64,000 nucleotides of DNA from a bacterium (lineage in GTDB: Bacteria > Patescibacteriota > Minisyncoccia > Phycocordibacterales > Zambryskibacteraceae), in contig JAUSDP010000020.1 in NCBI GenBank assembly GCA_030650605.1, positions 83,282 through 147,281 of the forward strand, given 5' to 3'. Of this stretch, positions 9,738 through 19,194 are shown in pieces. The number at the start of each line of letters is the position of its first letter. Within the stretch, counting starts at the first letter, position 1. The notes under the pieces are model-generated. The model was not told the origin of the DNA and did no database searches. It worked only from the letters and a program-made list of their open reading frames with translations. The position numbers were made by a program, and so were the translations under genes.

Positions 9738-11306
9738 TTAGGCGGCGCTTCTGCGGTCTGGTGAGTCGGAGGTGCGATCATCCATGCAATCTCTTTGTTT
9801 GTTGTCCTTTGCGATTAAGGCGGCCTGATCAATGATGATCTTCTGTATTGGTTCGCCAATACTTAGTAACCACTCTTGCATGGATAATGGCAATTCTATG
9901 CAGCGCTCTGCGCGTGTGGTCGCAACATAAAGGAGATTGATCTCTTGTTCGTCGATGCCATCGTCTGAGGGGGGAACCATAAGATCTGCAAAATCGTCGG
10001 CTAAAACAACTTGGTCGAATTCCAGTCCCTTTGCTCTGTGACCCGTGCACAGAACAACCTGTGCGCTCTCCTGATCTTCTTGATGCGACTGTTTTGCTTT
10101 TTCTATCAGTGCTGGAATTTCATTCGTGTATTTATCAATTACTTTGATCAGGATTTTATATTCTGGATCGTTACTTTCCGCTGCAAACAGCGTGAGGTCG
10201 GTCCAGCACGGAAAATATCGCATGGCAGGATCTCGGATTAAGTCGCGTTTGTCGCTCCATAAATTGAATGCGTCCATGATGAGATCGAACCTATAGGCAG
10301 TGGGACCGCCAATGAAATGGAGTGTTTTGTTTTGTGCGACCAAGCCAACAGCAATGTCCAATAACATGGCATTGGTTCTGCACAAATATGCATAGGGCTT
10401 ATCCTTGTCTACAACGAACTCCGTGGAATTTAAGTTACCCGTCCTCTTGTCACGACTTAATCCTTCGACTGGTACGGTTTCTTCTTTGAACGTATTTAGC
10501 AACAAGCTTGCAAGTTTTCCAATTCCGTAACCGAAGCGAAAAGATTTCGACAAAACAAACGTCTCTTCGGAGTCAAATTTATCTAATGAATCCTCCGCAC
10601 CTCTAAACCTATAAATCGATTGATGACGGTCGCCAACGACGACGGTACCCATATGTTTTTGAGACTTAACGATATCAGTGATGACTGGATTGGCATCTTG
10701 TGCCTCATCAAAGAGGATGACCTTGTATTTTGATAGATCGGGATTAGCCAGATGAAATAGCTTCAGGTAGCCATCGTGCGGCATTTTGAAAGCAAGATCT
10801 TTCGGATCCTGAATCTTTCGCCACAAGTCCTTTGTTAGATCGAAAATGATGTTGATCGTTTCGACACTTGGTTCGCTTTTAGTATCAACAGCATTTTTTA
10901 CGTGGGCGATTGTGATTTCCGTGTCGGCGTTATTGAAGAAATTAGACAGGGCAATGAGCGACATGCGTGCGATGCTGGGCGCAACCATCATCGCACGCGC
11001 TACTTCAATGTTCTTAATATTTCCCAGACCTTTGCCGCCTCTTGATTCCACATAAGGTGCAGCTTTGGAAAATGCAAGTGAATGCCCTGTATGACAATCA
11101 ACGTTTGGACCAAATTTTTTCTTCGCCTCAGCGCGGATTGCCGCGTTGTAGGCAAGATAGAGCATGCGCAAGGTTGGCCTCGCTTTTGCATAACCAACCA
11201 ATGTTGAAGACTTTCCGGTGCCGGCATATGCTCTGACCTTGATTTTTTTAGATACCGACCGGATTACGCTTAATTGTTGGTCGGTGTATCGAACTGTGTC
11301 TTCCAT
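9738..11306 (-). CDS. UvrD/Rep/PcrA-family SF1 DNA helicase
   Basis: Walker A AGTGKSST, DEAQD box ILFDEAQDANPV and motif VI TGHRAKGLEFD; start chosen at MEDTV, which has an AGGAA Shine-Dalgarno 8 nt upstream. Confidence 0.65.
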   Translation of the reverse strand: MEDTVRYTDQQLSVIRSVSKKIKVRAYAGTGKSSTLVGYAKARPTLRMLYLAYNAAIRAEAKKKFGPNVDCHTGHSLAFSKAAPYVESRGGKGLGNIKNIEVARAMMVAPSIARMSLIALSNFFNNADTEITIAHVKNAVDTKSEPSVETINIIFDLTKDLWRKIQDPKDLAFKMPHDGYLKLFHLANPDLSKYKVILFDEAQDANPVITDIVKSQKHMGTVVVGDRHQSIYRFRGAEDSLDKFDSEETFVLSKSFRFGYGIGKLASLLLNTFKEETVPVEGLSRDKRTGNLNSTEFVVDKDKPYAYLCRTNAMLLDIAVGLVAQNKTLHFIGGPTAYRFDLIMDAFNLWSDKRDLIRDPAMRYFPCWTDLTLFAAESNDPEYKILIKVIDKYTNEIPALIEKAKQSHQEDQESAQVVLCTGHRAKGLEFDQVVLADDFADLMVPPSDDGIDEQEINLLYVATTRAERCIELPLSMQEWLLSIGEPIQKIIIDQAALIAKDNKQRDCMDDRTSDSPDRRSAA

Positions 11307-11374
11307 GAAAATTCCTGTTTGTATGTAAGGTAATATACAAACAGAGTATTGCACAAATTGGAAGACCCATCAAT

Positions 11375-11417
11375 ATTTTGAAACGATTCAAATATTAATT
11401 ATGAATCGTTTCAAAAT
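11375..11417. promoter_or_regulatory. perfect 16-bp inverted repeat ATTTTGAAACGATTCA / TGAATCGTTTCAAAAT with an 11-nt AT spacer (IR1)
   Basis: Read directly; lies 70 bp upstream of the helicase start; shares its core with IR2 at 12055. Confidence 0.6.
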
Positions 11418-11649
11418 AAAAAATCCTAAAGCCTTGTGACCGACTGGCCAGTCCGTAATGTCATCCTCAAAATCAGACTGGCAATTCATTACAGTTGAGA
11501 TTCAACTTTGGTGAAATTTCCCAGAAGACATATTTACGCTATTCAAGTAATGAAAAAATAGGTGATTTTCACGTTCCCTAAATAGATATGTGCACGACTT
11601 GATAGTCGTGACACCACCATATTGTTAACACTATCTTAAAGGAACGAAA

Positions 11650-11874
11650 ATGAGCATTTACTATAAACCTCGCGATTTCATCATTACTTATCACCACGAC
11701 CATTACCAGGACCTATCCGACGTTTGGATGCCAAAAGCCAGCTTGGTAAATCGCCATACTTGGGAGAGAGCAATTGTATGTTGTCCCGATCCTGAAAGAT
11801 CAAGAGAGATGGCGGATTGCGCAGTAAGAAGAGAAGCTGCCAAACGTATCAGAGAAGATAATTGGAGGAATTAG
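11650..11874 (+). CDS. hypothetical 74-aa protein
   Basis: Good Shine-Dalgarno (AAAGGAACGAAAATG); located between the two related palindromes. Confidence 0.4.
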   Translation: MSIYYKPRDFIITYHHDHYQDLSDVWMPKASLVNRHTWERAIVCCPDPERSREMADCAVRREAAKRIREDNWRN

Positions 11875-12054
11875 TGGGTCAATTTTTGGGACAGCAAGGC
11901 TATTCGCTAGTTGACCTCATTTTGACGAGCCTTACCAAAAAAATTGACGCGAATGCCGTTAGTTGATTGAGTTATAACATTTAATAACTAACTGTATTTT
12001 CGATGATGCTTGATTATTATTGCTTGATAGCAATCTTGATCGTTCATCCTTCGT

Positions 12055-12091
12055 AAATATGAATCGTTTAATTATGAAACGATTCATATTT
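12055..12091. promoter_or_regulatory. 15-7-15 inverted repeat AAATATGAATCGTTT-aattatg-AAACGATTCATATTT (IR2), adjacent to the 3' end of the recombinase gene; candidate recombination core site
   Basis: Read directly; the arm-spacer-arm geometry is typical of tyrosine-recombinase core sites; the core GAATCGTTT is shared with IR1. Confidence 0.5.
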
Positions 12092-12097
12092 ATCCTG

Positions 12098-13150
12098 TCA
12101 CTCTGTTTCACTCAGTTTTTCGTGTTGCCCATCTTTTATTGCCGATCTTATTTCTTTGCCGCTTTCTTTGAAGTCGCTATGACCTTGACTCGATTTGGCA
12201 TAATGCAATTGGGCCGTCTCCAACGAATGATGTCCAACCAATTCGGTTACCCCAATATTTGGCAAAACATTTTTCATATTAGCTATGAATTGATGGCGTA
12301 GCGAATATAACGTGACGATCTTCTTTTCTTTAGGCCACATCGCCTTGCATGCCCGTTTTATTACTTGGGATATTCCCTGCTGATAGGTAATGAAAGACGC
12401 GTCTGGATTGCTTTGCCTCCATTTGCTAATTTCAAGCAGGTGGCTCTCCACTTCCACAATGCATGATTCCCAGAGTTTGGATGGTGCCTTTTCCCTAGCT
12501 AAATAAAAGCGCGATCGGTCTTCATCGGAATACTGTTTTGAATCGATGCGAAGCATCAGCCATTCATGCCAGGCGTCTGAACTGTAAGGAATCATTCTTT
12601 CGACCCCGTTCCCTCGCCCGTTCGTGGCCTTGGCATTCTGAACAACCAAGTAATCATTGTTTACTTGGGCTGCGCTCCATTCGCATGGTCGCACACCTGT
12701 GCGAATAGTTGCCCGGATTGCTTTGGCCGCTCGCAAGTTCCATGTGGTCGGTTTCACATCTTCAAAGTAAATTAGTAATTCGTCCAGCTTGTCCTCTTTA
12801 ACAAATTTCTGTTTAAGAGCCGACGTTCTTTGAGTGTTCTTCCGCGTTCCAGTTTGTGGCTCAGCACTTAATTCCATAATGGCGAAATGTAATTCCTCGT
12901 CGTATTCCCCATTATTGGCTTGACGATAACGATCTTGTTTTTCCGTAAGTGCGTGGATAGATGCTGCTTTATAGACCCTCCAACTTCTCGTGGCTAACTC
13001 AAATTTGAGACTGCACAGCCATCGTGCGTACATGATGTCGGTTACTAGTGATGGCTCGACATTCATAGAATCAGCACAACGAGCATGGTTGCGCTGGTGA
13101 GTGTTTTCGTACTGAATTTTGGTGCTCACTGATTTGGTAATGTCATTCAT
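12098..13150 (-). CDS. tyrosine site-specific recombinase (phage-integrase family); likely a plasmid resolvase or integrase
   Basis: C-terminal catalytic region LYSLRHQFIANM ... HHSLETAQLHYAKS (HxxR ... Y); start chosen at MNDITK (the ORF could extend to 13213). Confidence 0.7.
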   Translation of the reverse strand: MNDITKSVSTKIQYENTHQRNHARCADSMNVEPSLVTDIMYARWLCSLKFELATRSWRVYKAASIHALTEKQDRYRQANNGEYDEELHFAIMELSAEPQTGTRKNTQRTSALKQKFVKEDKLDELLIYFEDVKPTTWNLRAAKAIRATIRTGVRPCEWSAAQVNNDYLVVQNAKATNGRGNGVERMIPYSSDAWHEWLMLRIDSKQYSDEDRSRFYLAREKAPSKLWESCIVEVESHLLEISKWRQSNPDASFITYQQGISQVIKRACKAMWPKEKKIVTLYSLRHQFIANMKNVLPNIGVTELVGHHSLETAQLHYAKSSQGHSDFKESGKEIRSAIKDGQHEKLSETE

Positions 13151-14266
13151 TTTTGTCGATCCTAAGTAGTGGTCAGCAGGGCCAGCGTTCCATTGATCTT
13201 GGAGACTCCACATTCATGGCCTTACTAATTCCTTGGTGCATCATTATTTGAGATTATGCCCTGTCTTTGGGAAATAGCGTTATGGTTTTTCCTAAATTTT
13301 CTACGCAATTGGAATGTGGTTTCGACAGGTTACGTTACTTAGTCAAAATGTTGACATAAATAGTTTTATTTTTAAAGCTAAAATTATAAGAATATATTCA
13401 AGAAATTACAGTTAGTAGTCAATTTCAGTTGATTTAATAAACGAAAAAATTCAACGTATTTAAATAATTCTTCATATTTTGTATAAAATTTATCAGTAAA
13501 ATAATTGTAAGAGTCAAGAAACTAACTTTCATAGTCAATAAAATTGTATAAGTGCTCATTAACGCTATATTATTAATCAAAGCAAATTAATATTCTTAAA
13601 CGGTTCTACTTAATTCGGGTGGCGTCTCAGACACCGCAAAGCTAGCGTCACGCCATCTGTGTGGTCAAAGTCGAGTTTCCTGGCGCGGTGCTAGCTTTGA
13701 TCATGTTTTTAAAAATACTGATTTAAAAACTAAAAGTGATGATTACAAAATAGTTGTTGAATGTTGGATGCGAGAGTGATAAATACGCAGTTATTGCGTT
13801 ATTGAGGCTATTTACGGCAGGCATTGATCCAGAATCTGTTTCGAATAGAACTTGTCATATCAACCGGCTTGGCATCTACACGAGCGATTGGTAAAGCGCA
13901 ACGCTCCACCAATCGGCGACTAAATTAAGAGATATTAAAATTCAATTAGTTAAGCCCATTAATGCGTAATCTTAAGTAATCCGGCCAGCCCAGCCCTGTT
14001 GGAATTTCGGGCGGCGATCGACGCAAGCAACGTCCGCCAAGGGTTGCATTCGCGAGGAAGGCATTAACACGATGGTCTTAATTTTGAGTAAAGACTGGTC
14101 GCGATATTTGCTTGACTAAACGTTACTAAACTGTGGACAGTTCCGTTTAGTCCGCCTTCATTTTTGAGAGTGTGGAAACTTGTCTTAATAATATTTTTCC
14201 CGGCTCATTTCTTATGATGATTAATACTATTTAAGTGACTAGAAAATATAATTTTTGCTGACTAAT

Positions 14267-14317
14267 AAAAAAAATGGTTATGACTATTAATATTTAAATA
14301 GTCATAACCATTTTTTA
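14267..14317 (-). terminator. rho-independent (bidirectional) terminator downstream of the parM/parR-like operon
   Basis: A-run, then the 15-bp stem TGGTTATGACTAT/ATAGTCATAACCA, then a T6 tract. Confidence 0.6.
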
Positions 14318-14431
14318 AAGGCGCTATTGGAATCAGGCTTAAATGGAGTGATTCATAAAGCATGCGATGTTATCTAGAAAGTCTTAAAGCGTTACTTAAC
14401 GTATGCGAAATGTGTTATTTGGAATAGTCGA

Positions 14432-14875
14432 TTAACTACCAATATCATCCGGATTTATGTCGAGATGAATGGCTTTATGTGGCACTGAATTCCCATAAAT
14501 CGCCCCAATATTGTTGGACGAAATCAATGGTTTTTCCAATTGTTCAGAGTGATTTTCCTTGAGATTTGATGCCCCAGAAATTGGTTCAACAGGTGCCTTT
14601 TCAACCGCAACTTCACCGTTGGGTCTCGACTGTCCACTGGGTTCCGTATTTCCTTGTGGTACAAACTCTGGGGGGCGGTGCGGAGGTGACGCCTGGCCTT
14701 GTGGCGTAAATAAAGGTGGCGTTTGTCCATGAATGATAGTTAGAGCGTATGCAGCTAACTCAAGAATGCGTGCCGCACGGTGCCCGTCCTCCACTTGATT
14801 GATGTCTGCGTACAAAGCACGTTGACGAACCGGGTTGATTGTTACGCTTATTTTGCAGGATGTTTGTTTACTCAT
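14432..14875 (-). CDS. ribbon-helix-helix DNA-binding protein, ParR-like partition adaptor (tentative)
   Basis: N-terminus KISVTINPVRQRALYADIN ... AARILELAAYAL has a beta-alpha-alpha pattern, followed by a Pro/Gln-rich linker; located downstream of the parM-like gene. Confidence 0.35.
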   Translation of the reverse strand: MSKQTSCKISVTINPVRQRALYADINQVEDGHRAARILELAAYALTIIHGQTPPLFTPQGQASPPHRPPEFVPQGNTEPSGQSRPNGEVAVEKAPVEPISGASNLKENHSEQLEKPLISSNNIGAIYGNSVPHKAIHLDINPDDIGS

Positions 14876-15059
14876 GCTCTACTCCGTACATGAATGAGTG
14901 CTACTTGGCGTATTGTTATATTACAAGTAGCGTATCTCAGGTTTTAGTTCGATATATAGCATCAGATTAGAATATGAGTAGTCTCTAAAGAGTTGCTATA
15001 TAGAATTCAATTGGTGTGTAATTATGGAACGTTGCAAATATCGTTCCATAATTATTTGA

Positions 15060-16076
15060 TTAACTCAGATTGTTCGCAGCCCAGATTTCGCCTGCAACTT
15101 GAAAACCACGCACATTCGAGAACATTGGGTGATCCGGCACAATGATGTCAAATTTAGGCACTCGCGGTTGTAGGATGCGCTTATACAGTTCCGCCGCCCC
15201 TCCTACTACTACAATGTTTTCCAGATCAGAGTAGGTCTTGATCTTTGACTCCATCTCATTCAACACTTGATTGAGCACTCCACGCGCCAGGTTGTCATAT
15301 TTTGAAAGGTTGATTTTTTCACCAGAGACGCGAATGATACCGGTTCCGTTGTACGCCTCTTCAACACGAGAGATATCAACTTGTTCGTTGGTCTCACGTT
15401 GAAGTTCGTTTGCGACGGCCTTATAGATTGCGGATACGCCGCCGTTATTCGATGCACCGCATCGATCTTCGATCGGCTTTTTATTGTTTGCGACGATCCA
15501 GTCCAAAGTAAAGAAACCAGGGTCGAGCACTAAAGTCTTTCCGTTGGTTAATGCGTTTGCGTATTTTTCTGTCGAATAAACGTCATATAGCCCTCCCATC
15601 GGTTGACGCAACACAAGCACATTTTTAACGTCACAAAAAAGTTTTCGCCCATCAGTGTCATTCCTATCCGTTCTTGAATACTGGTGGATGCCTTTCATGG
15701 ACTCAAACAACGCTTGTTTCTCATGAGGAAAGGTTGAAACAGGAAGTCCTAAAACAAGTACATCAATAATTGGCCTATCAATATAGAAAAGAGCTGCGTT
15801 GACTAACGCTTGATATTCAGCGGTTCTTGCATAGTTAGTGGATTGAACGCGGCCAAAAGCGAGACCGCTTAATGCCAAATGAGCCTCATTGCCGGCGACA
15901 TAAGTGATGTCGTCAATCAGGGTATGCACGACATCGATTGGTGATGTGTCATTCGATGCGTGGAAGGCTGTAGGGCAAAGTGATGCGAAAGACCGACACA
16001 TCAGTTCGTCCGATTTAGTTTGCTGTCCATATTTTACACCGCCAAAACCTACATCAATTGGGCTGACTTTATGCAT
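15060..16076 (-). CDS. parM: actin-like ATPase of the ParM/StbA family (type II plasmid partition)
   Basis: Phosphate-1 SPIDVGFGGVKYG, phosphate-2 LVLDPGFFTLDW and adenosine motif VVVGGAAELY; start set at ATGCAT (16076), which has an AAGGAG Shine-Dalgarno 8 nt upstream; the longer ORF to 16196 is unlikely. Confidence 0.6.
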   Translation of the reverse strand: MHKVSPIDVGFGGVKYGQQTKSDELMCRSFASLCPTAFHASNDTSPIDVVHTLIDDITYVAGNEAHLALSGLAFGRVQSTNYARTAEYQALVNAALFYIDRPIIDVLVLGLPVSTFPHEKQALFESMKGIHQYSRTDRNDTDGRKLFCDVKNVLVLRQPMGGLYDVYSTEKYANALTNGKTLVLDPGFFTLDWIVANNKKPIEDRCGASNNGGVSAIYKAVANELQRETNEQVDISRVEEAYNGTGIIRVSGEKINLSKYDNLARGVLNQVLNEMESKIKTYSDLENIVVVGGAAELYKRILQPRVPKFDIIVPDHPMFSNVRGFQVAGEIWAANNLS

Positions 16077-16385
16077 GAGTATTACTCCTTCGAAATGTGT
16101 TGAACCACAAAATTGACATGAAATCCATGTATCTATTTTTTCGTATAGATAGTCATTGACTGAAAATATAGTACACCCAAAAAAATACCTTAGCAAGTAA
16201 TCGGCAGCAAATATGCGCTATTTGGCAAATAAATAGCCTCTAATCGTGCCCGACTCGCCCTTATATAAATTTGCATATTTTTGCGCAATTGTTGTACATT
16301 TTTATTTCGTATGGTAATGTATCGACTGAAATTTATATAAGATTTTCACAAATATACGTAGTAATGACTGGGAATTTTTAATCGT

Positions 16386-16832
16386 ATGTATATATCGCGA
16401 CTGAATAAAATTATGATCGCAGCTTGCACGCTGATAGTCTCGGCGTGCGCAGCGCCAAGTAAGCCAGTTCCAGAATCTCCATCTATTGTCGCGAACCTAA
16501 TGGGGCAATCGAAATCTCGCAATGATGTTCAATTGCAGCGAATGGGATTAGCGAATGATCCCGAAAAGGCTATAAAAAATTCACCTGAAGGTAACGTGAC
16601 AATTTATTGGAGTGGCGATGCCGCAATGTTGCTCCCAGAAATTGCGACGAAAACAAAAAAGAGCTTTTCGATGCAAGGTGACCCCGTCCTACCTTTACCA
16701 GTTGCTTTGGATATTAAGAACGCATCAGTCCAACAGGTGCTGGAAAGCATTGCGGACCAGATCAACAGCCGCGCTGACATTATTTTGGAAAATGATTCGG
16801 TCATTCTTGAATACAGGATAAAAACGAAATGA
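16386..16832 (+). CDS. small lipoprotein, DotD/TraH-like (T4BSS outer-membrane core)
   Basis: Lipobox LIVSAC at residue 20; 148 aa; first gene of a lipoprotein / secreted protein / ATPase triplet as in R64 traHIJ. Confidence 0.4.
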   Translation: MYISRLNKIMIAACTLIVSACAAPSKPVPESPSIVANLMGQSKSRNDVQLQRMGLANDPEKAIKNSPEGNVTIYWSGDAAMLLPEIATKTKKSFSMQGDPVLPLPVALDIKNASVQQVLESIADQINSRADIILENDSVILEYRIKTK

Positions 16833-17659
16833 AGATGACACTTAAAAGAGTTTCCTTTTTTGTGACTTTGCTCATTTCCAGCACTGGTTACGCGCAGAGT
16901 GAGAAACCGTCCTTATATGACAGACTCCGTTCACCATCACCATCGCCTGAAGCTTCGGCGATATCGGCGATCGTTCCCTTGCGGGGTGATATGTTGCGTG
17001 ATGCTGCTATGGCGCTAGGGGTGCGTGCGGGAATGGCAGCAAAGTCGCGCAAATATTTTTCTGATATCGAACTGAGAAAAATCGAGTTAGACCGCCAGTA
17101 CCGCTTCTCATTTGTATTGACTGATTCGGGTGTTTTTGTACCACCAGTCATCGTTGAAGCGAGGGATAGTCTTGCCGGGAATGCCGAAACGCTTAGGATA
17201 ACCAAGGCCATCTATCAAATAGTAAGACGCGGAAAATTACAGCCATATCCGCCGTCATGGAGGGATTATCTATTCGTTGGGCTAAATGCAAGCGATCCCG
17301 ACGAGCCAAGTGAAGCCGTAAGGCCAAAGGGAGACAATGAAATGCTCCTTTGGAGGGCCTCATTTGATAAAGGCTATAGCTCAGGTGAGTCAACAGCTGA
17401 TTCGATTTATGAGCAAAATGTAGCCAGGCTTGATCGAGACTATCTGGGGATGTATCGCTACACCTCGCTCAAGGACAAGGGATTGATGACCGCCGAGGTC
17501 ATTACCGCATCCCATGCTGCGGCCAAAGAAAATTCTCCGTCCGATATGTCTGTTGATGAAACAACGTATCGTTTATCGCGTCAGCCTGAATTCAAGGCTG
17601 ACGCATCCGCTTGGAAAAAGCCTGCTTCAGCAAAAAATACTGAGACAGGAAAGCAATAA
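16829..17659 (+). CDS. secreted protein, DotC/TraI-like (T4BSS core)
   Basis: Signal peptide MKMTLKRVSFFVTLLISSTGYAQ; 276 aa; 4-bp overlap with the upstream gene. Confidence 0.4.
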   Translation: MKMTLKRVSFFVTLLISSTGYAQSEKPSLYDRLRSPSPSPEASAISAIVPLRGDMLRDAAMALGVRAGMAAKSRKYFSDIELRKIELDRQYRFSFVLTDSGVFVPPVIVEARDSLAGNAETLRITKAIYQIVRRGKLQPYPPSWRDYLFVGLNASDPDEPSEAVRPKGDNEMLLWRASFDKGYSSGESTADSIYEQNVARLDRDYLGMYRYTSLKDKGLMTAEVITASHAAAKENSPSDMSVDETTYRLSRQPEFKADASAWKKPASAKNTETGKQ

Positions 17660-18915
17660 TGACTACTGCTACTTCATGTGATGCGGGTCTGCAGAAGATT
17701 GTCGAAATCACCGATGACCCTGCTTTTATCTACGATATTGACACTGTTATTCGTGTTCCCCCAAGTCTAACCAAATTTCAGTTTGAAAAAATTGCTGCGA
17801 TGGCGTATCGAGCCAACGTCTCTGACATTCACCTGGCTAGTGGCGAACATATCTGGTTCGATGTTTACGGCCGCATGATTAAGGCGTCAAATCGACCGTT
17901 GAACGATGAGGAATTGCGTCAACTGCTTGGTGGCATGACCTCCCCATCGTCACTCGCCATGCTTGCGTCAGCCAATCCGGTGAACCGTGCGGTGTCAATT
18001 TCTCCAGAAAATCTAAGGAACATTAATTATCGCTTCCGTTTGAACGCGGTCAAATGTCGCGTTGGACGATATCTCGGTGGCTTACAAGTCACGATGCGAT
18101 CCATTCCTGATATGCCACCCGATATTAAGAACATCGGGATGCAAAAAGAAATCATGGAAAATTTGTTTCCAGAAAATGGTTTATGCCTTTTTGTCGGTGT
18201 AACTGGCTCAGGTAAAACCACCTCATTGTTTGCGGCGCTGCGTCATATTGCCGAAACCATGCCAGATAAAAAAATTGCCACTGCCGAGGATCCTGTTGAA
18301 TTCACATTCGAAAAAGTCAAATGCATCGGGATGATGCCGACTCAAATCGAGATTGGCGATGATTTAACGAGTTATAAGCAATGCATTCAAGAAGCAATGC
18401 GTCGCGCCGCTGAAGTCTTACTGATTGGCGAATGTCGAAAAATGGAAGAGTTTGGTGCGATGGTGGACGCCGCCCTTTCTGGGCATGCAACTTATTCAAC
18501 ACTGCACGCAGAAACGGTGGATCAAACCATAAACCGCATTCTAAATATGTTCCCTTTTGAAGAACAAGCATCGATCGCTTCGAAACTTATGGGGTCTCTG
18601 CGAATTGTGGTAGCGCAAAAGTTAGTGAAATCCATCGATGGGAAACGTCGTGTTGTTCGTGAGTGGTTAGTGTTTGACCGCGCAATCCGCGAATACCTCT
18701 CAGATATCAATATGGTTGATTGGACGCGTGAGATTAGACGCATGGTTTATCAACGGGGTAGTTCGATGCTTCACTCATTGGTTGCTCTTGTAAAGGACGG
18801 CAGCATTTCGCAAGAGGTTTTTTTTGACGCGAGCGGGATGCGTTTGGAAGGCGCTGAAGCATTTTTATTGCGGGTTTCTTCCAACAATCCACTTGATATT
18901 AAGGAGGCAGCATAG
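17659..18915 (+). CDS. PilT/VirB11-family hexameric ATPase, DotB/TraJ-like
   Basis: Motifs SDIHLASGEHIWFDVYGR, Walker A GVTGSGKTTS and LIGECRKMEEF; His-box TLHAETV. Confidence 0.65.
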   Translation: MTTATSCDAGLQKIVEITDDPAFIYDIDTVIRVPPSLTKFQFEKIAAMAYRANVSDIHLASGEHIWFDVYGRMIKASNRPLNDEELRQLLGGMTSPSSLAMLASANPVNRAVSISPENLRNINYRFRLNAVKCRVGRYLGGLQVTMRSIPDMPPDIKNIGMQKEIMENLFPENGLCLFVGVTGSGKTTSLFAALRHIAETMPDKKIATAEDPVEFTFEKVKCIGMMPTQIEIGDDLTSYKQCIQEAMRRAAEVLLIGECRKMEEFGAMVDAALSGHATYSTLHAETVDQTINRILNMFPFEEQASIASKLMGSLRIVVAQKLVKSIDGKRRVVREWLVFDRAIREYLSDINMVDWTREIRRMVYQRGSSMLHSLVALVKDGSISQEVFFDASGMRLEGAEAFLLRVSSNNPLDIKEAA

Positions 18916-19172
18916 TGGGACATTGGCGATACGCGTCTGGCACAGCAAAGATTGGACCTATTGATTTGCGGTGTGTCTTTCCGATTTTCTTATGGTTTTT
19001 CTCACCAACACTATTCATGTTTGTGGTTGCGATTTTAGGGATTTTGTTTTTTGTTGGCATCTCTCTATTTGGATATTCGTTGCCAATTTTTTACCGCAGC
19101 ATAAGACATCGACTAAGAGGAAACGTAATTGACTCCGAAGGTTGGCTTTATTGGCGCCGTTACAGAAAATAA
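18915..19172 (+). CDS. small integral membrane protein, IcmT/TraK-like (GTG start)
   Basis: 85 aa with two hydrophobic helices; GTG start overlaps the upstream stop. Confidence 0.35.
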   Translation: MGHWRYASGTAKIGPIDLRCVFPIFLWFFSPTLFMFVVAILGILFFVGISLFGYSLPIFYRSIRHRLRGNVIDSEGWLYWRRYRK

Positions 19173-19194
19173 TTTATCTATCTAGGAAATTTTC

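Noticed and set aside
15060-16196. Long form (378 aa) of the parM-like ORF
   Set aside because: The extra 40 N-terminal residues are Cys/Phe-rich and unconserved; the internal ATG at 16076 has a perfect AAGGAG Shine-Dalgarno
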